In this document: one piece after another, positions 1 through 10,700 of the stretch | Layout: each line of letters opens with the position of its first letter | How positions within the stretch are numbered: position 1 is the stretch's first letter | Source of the DNA: Fibrobacteria bacterium | GTDB lineage: Bacteria; Fibrobacterota; Fibrobacteria; UBA11236 | Length of the DNA stretch: 56,582 bases | NCBI GenBank assembly: GCA_043732185.1 | Contig: JAYTHY010000114.1 | Span: 1 to 56,582 of the forward strand | Direction: 5' to 3' | Position numbers and translations under genes: made by a program | The notes under the pieces: model-generated | What the model saw: the letters and a program-made list of their open reading frames with translations, nothing else | Database searches by the model: none | Told to the model about the DNA's origin: nothing

Positions 1-105
1 TCGTGCGGCTTCCACCACTGGGAAGAAGCCGGAGACGAAGCGGGCGGCGGTTCGGGCCTAAATCGTAAAATGTAAAGCGTAAAACGGAGTCAGGAGAGCC
101 GGACT

Positions 106-981
106 CTAATTCGACTTTCCAAAAGCCTTTGCAAAATCCTTCGCGAACTCGGCAATGCTGCGTGGCGCCTTACCCATCACGCGTTTAAACTCATCAGTGA
201 CCAGGTCGCCCCAGTTTGTGCTATAGGCCGTCATATAATCGCCCAGAAGGTTGATCGTCCAATCGTCCATGCCCATTTGAGCCATGGCTTGTTTTGCCCC
301 TTCTACGGGAATAGGTACGTAGGTTACGGGTTTTCCGATGGCGGTACCAATAGTAGTGGCTATTTGGCCCATGGAGAGGGATTCTGGTCCGGTTAGGGTG
401 TACGTTTTTCCTTCGTGGCCCGGCGTCGTCAAAACCTTGGCGGCAAACTCACTGATGTCTCGGGAATCGATGATGCCGGTTTTGCCTTCACCCATGGCGA
501 TATACATCATGCCTTGTTGGGCTATGGTAGCCCCGGCCATCATGATGAGATTCTGGGAAAAGAAATGGGGCTTTAAAATTGTGAACGGAATGCCTGACCC
601 GGCCAACTCGGCATCGGATAGGGCGTGTAAGCGGCTATTGATGGTGGGGGCTGCGTGGCCGGCACCGACCGCGGACATGCGTACAACATGTTTGGCACCT
701 CCTTGTCTGGCGGCCCAGAGGGCGTTGGAGGACTGTTCTGGAGCGCGGGGACCGGGCGGGGTTAGGATCCATACGGTTTCCGCGCCGGAAAAAGCGGGTG
801 CCAGTGTCCAGGGTTTTTCCAAATCGCCGATGAAGGTTTCAATACCTTGTTGTTTGAGCGCTTCGGCCTTTTCGGGCTTGCGTACCAAGGCTCGTAACGT
901 ATGTCCAGAAGATTTTAGCTGGGTGAGAATTCCAGATGAAATATTTCCGTTTGCACCGGTGATTAGAATTGTTTTGGCCAT
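106..981 (-). CDS. NmrA-like / atypical SDR NAD(P)H-binding oxidoreductase
   Basis: N-terminal Rossmann motif ILITGANGNI, then ALVR, GDL, VVRMS, TILKPHFF, IDSRDI, YTLTGPE; RBS-like CAGGAG upstream. Confidence 0.88.
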   Translation of the reverse strand: MAKTILITGANGNISSGILTQLKSSGHTLRALVRKPEKAEALKQQGIETFIGDLEKPWTLAPAFSGAETVWILTPPGPRAPEQSSNALWAARQGGAKHVVRMSAVGAGHAAPTINSRLHALSDAELAGSGIPFTILKPHFFSQNLIMMAGATIAQQGMMYIAMGEGKTGIIDSRDISEFAAKVLTTPGHEGKTYTLTGPESLSMGQIATTIGTAIGKPVTYVPIPVEGAKQAMAQMGMDDWTINLLGDYMTAYSTNWGDLVTDEFKRVMGKAPRSIAEFAKDFAKAFGKSN

Positions 982-1003
982 GAGTATCTCCTGCTATGGG
1001 TGA

Positions 1004-1025
1004 TTTAATTGTTATAACAACTAAA
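1004..1025. promoter_or_regulatory. 22-bp near-perfect palindrome, candidate repressor (MarR-type) operator
   Basis: TTTAATTGTTATAACAACTAAA with perfect core TTGTTATAACAA, about 23 bp upstream of the SDR start. Confidence 0.6.
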
Positions 1026-1188
1026 TGTAAGATAATATTCTATGCCAGGGAAAGCAATTGGTGATGGACAGGCTTTTGGCACTAAATTCTGCACCCGCAT
1101 TCTTTGTGTGCAGCCGCTGACATTGCTATTTATTCCTCAGTAGGTACTTTGAGGTCAAAGCCCCTCGCATCGCAATTAAGGAGTTCTC

Positions 1189-1641
1189 ATGTCCTTTAAA
1201 ATTTTTGGCAGCTTAGATAGCGCACGAATCCGTTGCCGGACCATGGTTTTGCCAACGCTTATGGCGTTCTTATTTTGGGGATGCACCACGGATTCTCCAA
1301 CTGAGCCAACTGTAAAAATTCTCTCACCTGTAAATGGCGCGACCATTGTGGGGCCTAACGTATTGCTCAAGGTGCAGTATACGCACTTCGCTTTTATAAA
1401 GGGTTTGGGAAAGTCTTCCCAAGCGCAGCAAGCTGCTGATGTCACCGGGCACATCCATGTTTTTCTGGACAAGCCTGCCGGTTTGGATGCGAATGCGATC
1501 ACCAAATTGATTAGTGCGGACACTGTGACTTTGACAGGTTTGTCCCTTGGAACTCACTATATCATTGTGGCAGGAGCAAGGGGCGACCATGTGGATTTTG
1601 AGAGCATGGTGGATTCCGTCAAATTCACGGTAACAGAATAA
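1189..1641 (+). CDS. Lipoprotein with His-motif Ig-like domain (DUF4399/DUF6130-like)
   Basis: Lipobox FWGC; PTVKILSPVNGA; GHIHVFLD; GLSLGTHYIIV; GDH. True start may be downstream. Confidence 0.65.
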   Translation: MSFKIFGSLDSARIRCRTMVLPTLMAFLFWGCTTDSPTEPTVKILSPVNGATIVGPNVLLKVQYTHFAFIKGLGKSSQAQQAADVTGHIHVFLDKPAGLDANAITKLISADTVTLTGLSLGTHYIIVAGARGDHVDFESMVDSVKFTVTE

Positions 1642-2100
1642 TTGAATGACTTAGGTAAAGTGTTGCGTGGATCAAATAGTGCCTTATGGGCTATCGGTTT
1701 AACCGTGATTTTGCTTTTAAGTGGTTGTGATTTATTTAACACTTTTGACCCCAATCAAAACAAACCCATTGTTGTGGAAGGTGCGATAGCCGGCACCCTT
1801 TATGCACCGGCACTACGGATTGTGAACCACTACTGCGCTGATTGCCATACCCAGGGAGGCAACAACAGGTTGCAACACGATGCGTGGAAATACGCACTGA
1901 GGCTAGATACGTATGCAGAATGGGTGGACGCGCGAAAAGTTTTGCTGGAAAGACTGGTTCCGGAAACGGCAGCAGCTCAGGATCCCCCCGTAGACGTAAT
2001 GCCAAATCTTTCTTTTCCAAATCAACCCACGCAGGCCGAGCGGGATACGCTACTGACCTGGATTCGCGCCGGTTCCCGGAATACCCTCTCGGGTCAGTAA
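1642..2100 (+). CDS. Mono-haem c-type cytochrome lipoprotein
   Basis: Lipobox LLSGC; CADCH haem motif; distal MP then TQAERDTLLTWIRAG; abuts previous stop. Confidence 0.8.
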   Translation: MNDLGKVLRGSNSALWAIGLTVILLLSGCDLFNTFDPNQNKPIVVEGAIAGTLYAPALRIVNHYCADCHTQGGNNRLQHDAWKYALRLDTYAEWVDARKVLLERLVPETAAAQDPPVDVMPNLSFPNQPTQAERDTLLTWIRAGSRNTLSGQ

Positions 2101-2102
2101 GA

Positions 2103-3125
2103 TCAAAGGCGTGAGCCTGCAGCGGCTTTGCGCAGTCTGTCCATGATGGCCGCACCCAATCCCGTTTCCGGCAGAGTTTCCGCTTCGATCCAGTCGAGTC
2201 CCAATTTATCCAGGCGATGCAAACTGGAAAAAAGATTTGCTGCGGCTTCACGTAAATTTCCGGTAGGGGACAAGATTTCCGTTGCTGCGAATGGACCGCT
2301 CTCAGTGATGCTCTTAAAAGCTAGCAGTCCAATGCGCAATGGGTTGGACTGGGAGGACAGCGGCTCCAATTTCTGCAATTCGATAGCCGCGCGTGTATGT
2401 ACGCCTGGCACGGGATCTTTGAGGCGCAGCCAAGTGCGCGGAGCATAATGACCGGGCAATTGTCCCGGCGCCAGCGGCTTTTCCGGTAGCGGTCCGGCTA
2501 CCGAAATGGGACCAATCAAGGCTTCTATTTCTTCTCTGGGTAATCCCCCTGCGCGCAGTAACACCGGCGTTTCTGAGGTCAGGGATAGAATCGTTGATTC
2601 CACCCCAATGGTGCAAGGGCCACCATCCAGAACCATCTCCATGCCACTTTCAAAATGGCCTTGTACATGGGCCGCCGTGGTGGGGCTCAGTCTGCCAAAG
2701 GGATTGGCACTGGGAGCGGCCACGGGAATTCCGGCCATCTTCAGTAACTTTAAGGCTACGGGGTGGGCGGGCATTCGGATGGCAACAGTAGACAATCCCG
2801 AGGTGGCAAGATCAGGTACGCCTGCTCTTTTCGGCAGTACCAAGGTGAGGGGGCCAGGCCAAAATGCGTCCATCAACTTTTCCGCACGTACGTCTGTAAC
2901 CTGACACAAAGTATTGAGCAAACCAAGATCTGCGATATGGATGATCAAGGGATCAAAAAAGGGCCGTTGTTTGACTTCAAAAATTTGGGCCAGGGCATTG
3001 GGATTCATGGCGTCGCCGCCTAAGCCGTATACCGTTTCAGTGGGGAAAGCGACCAGTCCACCCTCCCTAAGGGCCGTTGCGGCCCGGCGCAAATTTTCTT
3101 CAGTAGGGATAAGCAGGGCAATCAC
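2103..3125 (-). CDS. tsaC: L-threonylcarbamoyladenylate synthase (Sua5-type: YrdC + SUA5 domains)
   Basis: VAFPTETVYGLG, KQRP, FWPGPLT, AAPSAN, GVESTI, APGQLPGHYAP, AIMDRLRKAA. Confidence 0.96.
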   Translation of the reverse strand: MIALLIPTEENLRRAATALREGGLVAFPTETVYGLGGDAMNPNALAQIFEVKQRPFFDPLIIHIADLGLLNTLCQVTDVRAEKLMDAFWPGPLTLVLPKRAGVPDLATSGLSTVAIRMPAHPVALKLLKMAGIPVAAPSANPFGRLSPTTAAHVQGHFESGMEMVLDGGPCTIGVESTILSLTSETPVLLRAGGLPREEIEALIGPISVAGPLPEKPLAPGQLPGHYAPRTWLRLKDPVPGVHTRAAIELQKLEPLSSQSNPLRIGLLAFKSITESGPFAATEILSPTGNLREAAANLFSSLHRLDKLGLDWIEAETLPETGLGAAIMDRLRKAAAGSRL

Positions 3126-3154
3126 CCTGGAAAAAATACTAACAAGACTGCTTG

Positions 3155-3460
3155 CTAGAGAAGCATATTCGTAATTCGTTCGGCAATGGCTTCCACCATA
3201 TGGCTGTCCATTTTGTAATTACCCGTGGATACCAGTGCCTTTAATCTTTCCACTTTCATTCCTTGCTCTTTTTCAAATTCCGAGGTGGAAATATCCGGAT
3301 GTGCATAGCTTTCCGCTACCCGGCTAAGCGCAACCTCATCATGAGGCGTGGAAATTGCCGATGAGGCTTTTACGCCTTTGATGTCCTTGGAATTCTTTGG
3401 AGCCACGTTCCGTTGCTGTATCAGTCTTGCGATTTCGTTTACAATGTCTGTGCTCATCAT
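3155..3460 (-). CDS. flgM: Anti-sigma28 factor FlgM
   Basis: 101 aa; DEVALS and C-terminal KVERLKALVSTGNYKMDSHMVEAIAERI match the FlgM pattern; sigma28-type promoter upstream. Confidence 0.85.
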   Translation of the reverse strand: MMSTDIVNEIARLIQQRNVAPKNSKDIKGVKASSAISTPHDEVALSRVAESYAHPDISTSEFEKEQGMKVERLKALVSTGNYKMDSHMVEAIAERITNMLL

Positions 3461-3530
3461 GTTTCACCTTCTTGCTTGCATCGATATGTTCTATCTATGA
3501 AGTCATATACCCCCGCTAGTGCTACTCTGT

Positions 3531-3558
3531 TCATCGACCTGTGCAGGGGGGCACTTTA
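3531..3558 (-). promoter_or_regulatory. Sigma28 (FliA)-type promoter for flgM
   Basis: Minus strand TAAA-N16-GTCGATGA versus consensus TAAA-N15/16-GCCGATAA, about 70 bp before the flgM start. Confidence 0.7.
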
Positions 3559-3646
3559 ACTATTTGCCAGGGTGGCAAGACAAAAAGAACTGCGGAAACA
3601 GCACTCTCTCCCTAATACCTCAAAAAATCCCAAGGCGACTCTTACT

Positions 3647-6154
3647 TTACTGCATTCCAAAGTTTCCATAGAGGGTGTCGAGATCTTGGCGTGAAAAAGA
3701 TTCACCCCCTTTAATAGCCAGTCCAGATTTCAAAAGACTGATAGCCAATTCTTTGGCTTGGCGGTCAAACCAATATTTGCCTAAAAATTGCAACGCCTGG
3801 ATTTTTAGGAGTTGGAAATCGATGGGGATGAAAGTGCTGGATTCATTAAAGTCCAATAGGCGCTCAAACCAAACGCGTGCCTCCTCCACATGCCCCAGGG
3901 CAGATTCGACTTGGGCTTTGACAAGCACGGCTTCTGCGCTAGGAGAAGCTTTGGCCGTTTCAGGTTTGAGCCTGGCCAAGGCTTCCGAGTATTTCCCCAG
4001 GCAGGCTAATGCAGCAGCTGCTTTGGCTGGCGCGGCGGCGGCGATATGAGGATTATTCCCTTTGGCTATGGCAAATTCCTCAGCTTTTAGAAACCACTGA
4101 ACCGCTTCAGCATGCAGACCCAGGTCCGCGCACGCATTGGCCAAGGTAAAGTAGGTGACCGGCGTGATACCCTCTCCGAGGTTTATCTGGGATTCTAGAA
4201 TGGCCTTGTTGCGAATTTGTTTGGCTCGTGACGTTTCCGGATCCGCATAGCCGGTATGTAGAATGCGAATGTTCGTGTACTCGATGGGGATGCCGACTGC
4301 TTCCAGGGCTGGAAGAATTTGCTCATGCACCGGTGCACGAAAACGTAAATCTGGGCGGTTGGGGAAAATTCTAATCTGGTTGAAAACACTTCCCGTTTTA
4401 CCGCCATCCGAACTGTTTTTTACCATCAGGCCATAAGCGCGTGGCTTTGCACTGGAATCCGCTTCCACCAGTTTCCGTATGGCTTTTTTATCTGCGTCCA
4501 GTAGGCGATCGTCTGCATCTAGCCAAATAATCCAATGCCCTTTAGCTTCGGCCAGGGATAGGTTGCGGGCAAGACTAAAATCGCCTTGCCAATTCGATTG
4601 GATGACCCTGGCACCAAAGAATCTTGCGATTTCTTGGGTCCCGTCCGATGACCCGGTGTCCACGACAATGATTTCATCCGCCAATCCCTGTGCCGATGTT
4701 AGGCAGGCCGGTAGATTGGCTTTTTCGTTTTTGACAATCATACACAGACTCAATGCCAGGTGGCTGCTCCAAGTGGGAAAAACGTGTCCAGGGAAACGGG
4801 AATTCGCCAGGACCACGGCTTTATGAAAATCTTGTTCCCGACCAAGATGTTTGAGCACCACCAATCGTTGTCGATGGAGTTCCGGCTTAACCGCGGTATT
4901 CAGCTCAATGGCTTTATCCCAACTCACAAGAGCGGCTTCCGTTTTTCCCATAGCGAGGTGGCATTTTCCCAGCAGTTCCCAGGCTTCTACTACTTGAGGG
5001 TATTTCCCATTCAACTCTTCCAGGCGACGTGCGGCTTCTGCATAGTCTCCGCGATGGTGGAGAAATTCGGACAAGTGGAAATAACTGTAGATTTGGATGA
5101 TATCGTATTGATTGCTGGTGGTGCTAAAGCTCACGGGCATACTGATGATTTTTAAATAGGCGGCTTCCGCTTCAGCAATCCGTCCCAGTGAGGTGAGCGT
5201 CTCGGCCTTGTAATAATAGGGCTCGTGTTTTCCAGGTTGTAAGGCGATGCTTTTGTCAAACCAGGGAAGCGCTGTTTCGTATTCACCTAATTTCTGATAG
5301 CCTTGGCCGATGCAGCTGGGAAGTTCCCGGTAAATATCACAATTGATGGTTTCGCAATTGGGCACAGCCATGGCCTGCTTATAAGCCTCAATCCCGTTCA
5401 CAAAATCACCGACAATGTAGTACGAGTCACCGACGCTCATGGCTAGGGAGGGCTCCGCCGCAATGCGCTCGGGCTCTTCCTTAAGGAGATTCAAATTACG
5501 CTGGGCTTTCGCCTTTTTGAGTTCAGGGTCTTCATAACCAGTATGCAGGATGGTGGTATCCGTATAGAAAATATGCAAACCAAGCCTTGCCACGCTGTGC
5601 AGCATTTGCTCGTGAATGCGATAGCGAAAACGCATGCCCTGGTGGTTTGGAAACATGCGCAATTGCATGAACCGTCCGCCATAAGGTAGACCCCCTTGGG
5701 TGTTGATAACTTGGAATCCGAAGGTGCGATCCATCGGAGCGGTTTTCAGTTTGAGAAAATTATTTAGCTGATCGGGTGGAATTCGGTCATCAGCATCCAT
5801 CCACAAAATCCAGGAACATTTAGCCATCGCGATGGACCGGTTCCGTGCCCAGGCGAAATCCTTACGCCATTCGCCTTGCATCCACGTTACTCCAAGCTCC
5901 GTTAAAATATCCTGCGTGCCGTCCGTTGAACCGGTATCATAGACAACGATTTCATCCGCGATGGGACGAAAGCTTTCAATGGCTGCCCGTATGTTCTTGG
6001 CTTCGTCCTTTACAATCATGGCGATGGTCAGGCTATTGGGAGGAAAGGGGAGCGAAAGCGTTCCCTTGATGGTTCCAAACCGGGCGTTGAGGGCTTCTGG
6101 ACTCAATTTATCTATGGCGTCGAAATTAGTGGCTTTTTTGATTACTTTGGACAT
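3647..6154 (-). CDS. Tandem GT2-TPR-GT2-TPR glycosyltransferase (protein/flagellin-glycosyltransferase type)
   Basis: Two copies of MIVK(D/N)E..DTGSxDGT..DF(A/S)xARNxS..WIxWxDADD..HEQ..HTGY, each followed by TPR helices. Start set at ATG 6154, 8 bp after the upstream stop; ORF track extends to 6256. Confidence 0.9.
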   Translation of the reverse strand: MSKVIKKATNFDAIDKLSPEALNARFGTIKGTLSLPFPPNSLTIAMIVKDEAKNIRAAIESFRPIADEIVVYDTGSTDGTQDILTELGVTWMQGEWRKDFAWARNRSIAMAKCSWILWMDADDRIPPDQLNNFLKLKTAPMDRTFGFQVINTQGGLPYGGRFMQLRMFPNHQGMRFRYRIHEQMLHSVARLGLHIFYTDTTILHTGYEDPELKKAKAQRNLNLLKEEPERIAAEPSLAMSVGDSYYIVGDFVNGIEAYKQAMAVPNCETINCDIYRELPSCIGQGYQKLGEYETALPWFDKSIALQPGKHEPYYYKAETLTSLGRIAEAEAAYLKIISMPVSFSTTSNQYDIIQIYSYFHLSEFLHHRGDYAEAARRLEELNGKYPQVVEAWELLGKCHLAMGKTEAALVSWDKAIELNTAVKPELHRQRLVVLKHLGREQDFHKAVVLANSRFPGHVFPTWSSHLALSLCMIVKNEKANLPACLTSAQGLADEIIVVDTGSSDGTQEIARFFGARVIQSNWQGDFSLARNLSLAEAKGHWIIWLDADDRLLDADKKAIRKLVEADSSAKPRAYGLMVKNSSDGGKTGSVFNQIRIFPNRPDLRFRAPVHEQILPALEAVGIPIEYTNIRILHTGYADPETSRAKQIRNKAILESQINLGEGITPVTYFTLANACADLGLHAEAVQWFLKAEEFAIAKGNNPHIAAAAPAKAAAALACLGKYSEALARLKPETAKASPSAEAVLVKAQVESALGHVEEARVWFERLLDFNESSTFIPIDFQLLKIQALQFLGKYWFDRQAKELAISLLKSGLAIKGGESFSRQDLDTLYGNFGMQ

Positions 6155-6162
6155 AACTCTTT

Positions 6163-7734
6163 TCAATCCGACTGTCGTGTCAGTTTTTCCCTTGCCGAAC
6201 TTTTTGGTTCGAGCTGACGCAAAAAATCTGCCAACGGAATGGAAGGGTGTGGCCATGATTTAAGATCGGCGTAGCACTGCTCATACAGCTTATTATGATT
6301 TACGAATTCTGAAAAGTAAACCAGCAAGGTGGGATCATCGGAAAAAGTACGTAGAGCTGTGAGGTAAGCAGCATAAACTTGTTGGACGTCGAGTCTAGAA
6401 GCCACCAAAGATTTTAGTCGAAAAGCTTCCAACACTCCGGTAGCCATAATAAGGTTGGGCTGGACTCTGAATACGTCAAGAATTTCGATATGCCTTCCAG
6501 TCGTTAATAGGTATTCCAAAAGATCTTCCCACTTTGAGAAATCCTGGGGAAACAGCTCAAGGTACTTTTTAACATATTCCTCCGCTTCAGAAGCGTATCC
6601 AGCGAGGGAAAAGTATTCCCAGGGCACGTCGTAATCTAGAGGAAATGGACTAAGACCCCCGGCAATTATTTCGAGCAAACAGGCATGGGTGCGGGGGGCT
6701 TTTTTATATCCAAACAACTGAATTTCGCACAGCACCACCAGGGCCAAGGCATTGCGTCTCACAGTATAGCTGTCCGTGGCAACCAGTCCCACAGCAGCGG
6801 GACGATCTACTGCGGCATAAAAAAACTCCAGAGCTCCAGTAATAGTATTCTCTTCTAATGCAAATTTTCCTAACCAGTAAAAGGGTTGAATGTCGATGGG
6901 ATTCCAACGTGTGGCTAGCCGGAACCATTCTACCGCCTCTTCTTTTTCGGCCAGCTTGATGCAGCATTCGCCCAAGAGGGAAGGAAAGTGACGCAGGATT
7001 TCATCCTGGGGTATTTGCCAGCAAGCGCCGGGATCCGGAAAAGGCAATAAACTGAGAAAAGCGGATTTGGCTTCTTGATATTCCGCGGACTGAAAAAGGC
7101 AATTTCCGTATTGCATTATCACGGCGGAGTCGTTCGGATACACTTTGCGTTCGAGTTCCAATAATGCGCGATTGCGCGACAATTTACTTTGTCGCTTCTG
7201 CACTGTATCATAGCCTAGATGCAAAATTTCAAGATTGGTGCTTTGCGCGGCAATACCGAGTTTCAATAAGGACGTTCCCAACTGTTCATGAATGCGACCC
7301 TCGAAATGGATGCCGACATGATTGGGAAATAGTCGAATCTGTAAAAACCGATCGCCAAGTGTATTCTCTCTGGGACTTCGTACGATGAAACGATAGGCTT
7401 GTTTCGGACCGTCCAATAGAGATTCCAGTGACCTCCAAAAACTCTCCTCCACACGATCATCCCCATCCAGCCAAAGTATCCAGTCTTGGGTTGCAAAATT
7501 CAGGGATGTGTTTCGTGCCTGGGAAAAATCCTCGGTCCATTTGGAAAAGTGAGGGGTAACACCAGCATGCCGAAGGAGTTGCACTGTCTGATCTTGCGAT
7601 CCTGTATCGACTGCAATCCACTCGAGACGGGAGAGTGGGAGGCATTTTATCAATCCTGGAAGATTTTCCGCTTCGTTTTTAAGAATAGAACATACCGAAA
7701 GATTGAGTGTCGGTCTCCCATCATCCTTCATCAT
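6163..7734 (-). CDS. GT2 glycosyltransferase with TPR-like C-terminal region
   Basis: LSVCSILKNE, VDTGSQDQT, DFSQARN, WLDGDD, GRIHEQL, HLGY, then helical repeats. Confidence 0.88.
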   Translation of the reverse strand: MMKDDGRPTLNLSVCSILKNEAENLPGLIKCLPLSRLEWIAVDTGSQDQTVQLLRHAGVTPHFSKWTEDFSQARNTSLNFATQDWILWLDGDDRVEESFWRSLESLLDGPKQAYRFIVRSPRENTLGDRFLQIRLFPNHVGIHFEGRIHEQLGTSLLKLGIAAQSTNLEILHLGYDTVQKRQSKLSRNRALLELERKVYPNDSAVIMQYGNCLFQSAEYQEAKSAFLSLLPFPDPGACWQIPQDEILRHFPSLLGECCIKLAEKEEAVEWFRLATRWNPIDIQPFYWLGKFALEENTITGALEFFYAAVDRPAAVGLVATDSYTVRRNALALVVLCEIQLFGYKKAPRTHACLLEIIAGGLSPFPLDYDVPWEYFSLAGYASEAEEYVKKYLELFPQDFSKWEDLLEYLLTTGRHIEILDVFRVQPNLIMATGVLEAFRLKSLVASRLDVQQVYAAYLTALRTFSDDPTLLVYFSEFVNHNKLYEQCYADLKSWPHPSIPLADFLRQLEPKSSAREKLTRQSD

Positions 7735-7779
7735 GGCATTATGAGCATTTCACGACATGGCAGCTTCACAGGCGTAACC

Positions 7780-10700
7780 TTAGGCAAATTCCTTTACGAT
7801 GGCACGAATATCTTCTAGGGCTGGATTCTGCTCCAATGACAGTTTTAGTTTCGGCAGCACCTCTTTTTCCCGTCTTAAAGATTGGGCGCATTCCCAGAGA
7901 TTCATGAGAATATCCTGATCCAATGGATGTAATGCGGTAGCTGCTTGGAAGAGTCCAAAGGCGTCATCATAACGTCGCCCCTGGAAGGCGAGAATGCCGA
8001 GTCCGTTTAAGGCTTGCGGATTTCCGGATCTGCTTTTTAAAGACTCCAGGTAAATCAAAATGGCATCACCTGTTCGGTTTTCTTGTGCTGCCACCTCTGC
8101 CTTTTTAAGTACAAGGGCACTGGCTTCCAAATCATCGAAACCGGTTGCAGAATAGATGGCTGGTCCATAGGCCTGTATATGGGTTTGCATGGCAAGGAAT
8201 TGTTTGCCATGAGGCGAGCCATTCGATATGGCCATTTCAAGAAATGGCATGATTTCATCAATCCGGCCCAAAGCCAGGGCGGTGTCAAAAGCGTTCACAA
8301 CGGCATCAAACCAAACTGGGCGTATGGCTAGGCATTGAAAAAAATAGTCCAATGCTGCGTCGCCGTTGGATTCATTCCAAGCCACAATCCCAAGATTGTT
8401 CATGGCACGGAAGTCTTGTGGATCGGTTGCCAACACTGAGTGGAAAACAGATTTGGCTTCGGCCAGCTTTTCTTCGGATAAAAGTTTCTCACCTTTTTGA
8501 TTTTCGTCACGAGATATTTTATACCGATTAGAGTCAAACTTACCCATTGCCAAAAGGCCGAATATTTGCTCCGCACTGGAATTAAATTCGGCGGCTGTTT
8601 CGGAGGATGTATGCTTCTGGATTTGGCCGCATTCTCTCAATAAATTTGCAGCTTCAAAAGGACGGTCCAATTCTAAATAGGTATCTGCTAGATTGTAAAT
8701 GATATCCGATTCATTTGGGGAATGTTTAGAGGCAGTGACAAAATGCTCCAATGCTAATTCACGGTCCCCGCACACATTGGCAATGATACCCAGATAATTA
8801 AAACAGGCTCCCTTATCAGCATCAGTTTTAATTTTTTTCTCCACGGCATCGATGGCACGGCTAAAATTATTTGCCTCAATAAGGGATTCTATTTCTTGCT
8901 TCCACGCTGATAATTGCGTGGACATAGTGGGCGCCTGAACGGCTTGGTACGCAATTTGTTTGTCGTAAGTGCTGGATTGAAAAACCGGATTGGAGGGAAA
9001 TCGCTGAATCAAAAGCGCGTTATCCGCATCTGTAATTTCGCCGTTTCCGGCCTTCAGGCTGTCGTGCAAATTGTGCGCCGCATCAATATTGCCTTCGTCC
9101 AGTTCCAAGCTGCGTAGAAAAAGCAAGACAGCCGATTGGAAATCCTTGTTATGATATTGGATGACTCCTAAATGGGAGTATGTTTCCGGATTGTTCGGAT
9201 CATTAGCTTGAGCTTCAAGAAAACGATCGGCAGCCAATTGTATTTCACCACGTTCATAGGCTAGTCTACCGTCTACCAACAATGGGCTTTCGGTTTCATG
9301 AACAAAGGTGTCGTGGATAGCTGCCGGGCCTTTTGACCATTTTGCATAGTATTTTTTGCGATTTTCGATCATAAGTTGTTGCCAGTCCACCGAGTCCTGC
9401 TTGAATGAAACGCTTCCAAAGTGATGGATGAAGCTGTCATTTGCAATCATGGCACTGAATCCGTGATGGTGGACACGCATGCAATAGTCGTCGTCCTCGA
9501 AATTTCCATTTCCAAATCGTTCATCGTAAAATCCAACCTGTTCGAATACACGTTTTGGAATGAGGTGACAAAATCCCTTTACAAAAACGAATTCCGCGGC
9601 AGAAAGTTCGTTTTCCTTTTGCCACTTTTCAATGAAGTTCTGGACTTCACCTTCAACATTGTAGGGAACGTTTGGAACGATTTGAGGGCCAGTAATATAA
9701 TTGGACCGGGGACCAACTAAACCAATTTCCGGATCACTCTCAGCCAGGCGTACCATGTTTTCCAGCCAGTTCGATCCCACAATAATATCGTTATTCAAAA
9801 TGAGAATGTACTCCCCTGTTGCCAAGCGCATTCCTTGATTCCAGCCTTTGGCGACACCAAGGTTTGTGGAATTGATGATAACCTTGGCGTTTGGAATGGA
9901 ATGAAAATAGGCGGAAGTTCCATCATGACTGCCATTGTCCACCAAAATAAGCTCGATTTTTTGACGAGTATATTTAAGTATCGATTCCAAACACCGTTTG
10001 GTATATTCCACTTGATTGAAACCCAATATTACTATGGAAACGAGTTTTTCTTCGTTGTACTTATATTCACGTGGTACCGATTCCACTTGAGTCCAGCCTT
10101 CCAGACTGGAGTAATCCAAATCTGGTTGTGGAAAACCTTTATAAGGTTCCATCCCGGTTATGACAAAGCCGGCCAAATGGAGTGCGGCACGGATACCATT
10201 AGGTGTTAAGTCCATTGGAAATAAGGGCGCAGCTTCGGTGATTTTTGTACCCTGAGCGTCATTCCCGTTAAAAACCAATACTAAGCGACTAAGGTTCTTG
10301 GCCAATATTTTGATATTTCGAATACGCAAGTCCAAATTTTCAATCATTTCCGGAGTAACGCGCAAAATAATTAGGTCCTGTTCGGCTAGGGGTACCAGCA
10401 GACCTTTGGAATCAAAAACTTTGTATGAGCCAGCAATGGCGGGAAGTTCTGCGGCAGTTCCTGCGAAACCTATAGCATGGGCTGCGCGCATCGGAGCCCT
10501 AAGGCTATCAGGGTATAGTGCTATGTTGTCTAAGGCACTAGAAGCTTCGGCGAGAAGGATGTTTTGAGATTCCGGCATAAGACTCTTTCTTCCAGTCGGG
10601 AGAACTGGTCCACTGACAGTAAGCCAGGGTGGTTCAGTAGGGTTTGTGTCCAGGGCAGCTGAATTGGCTGTGTTAATGGTTTTTCCAAGTGAATTCAAGT

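Noticed and set aside
1..61. Possible 3' end of an upstream gene (RAASTTGKKPETKRAAVRA*)
   Set aside because: Too short to support a call
338..1003. 221-aa plus-strand ORF and similar antisense ORFs (e.g. 22564-23199, 23221-23952, 41276-41827)
   Set aside because: Shadows of well-supported opposite-strand genes with no recognisable motifs
6155..6256. 94-bp overlap between the two GT genes
   Set aside because: ATG at 6154 removes the overlap
3647..7734. Glycocin (SunS-type RiPP) cluster
   Set aside because: No precursor peptide, peptidase-ABC exporter or thiol-disulfide oxidoreductase nearby; flgM context favours flagellar glycosylation
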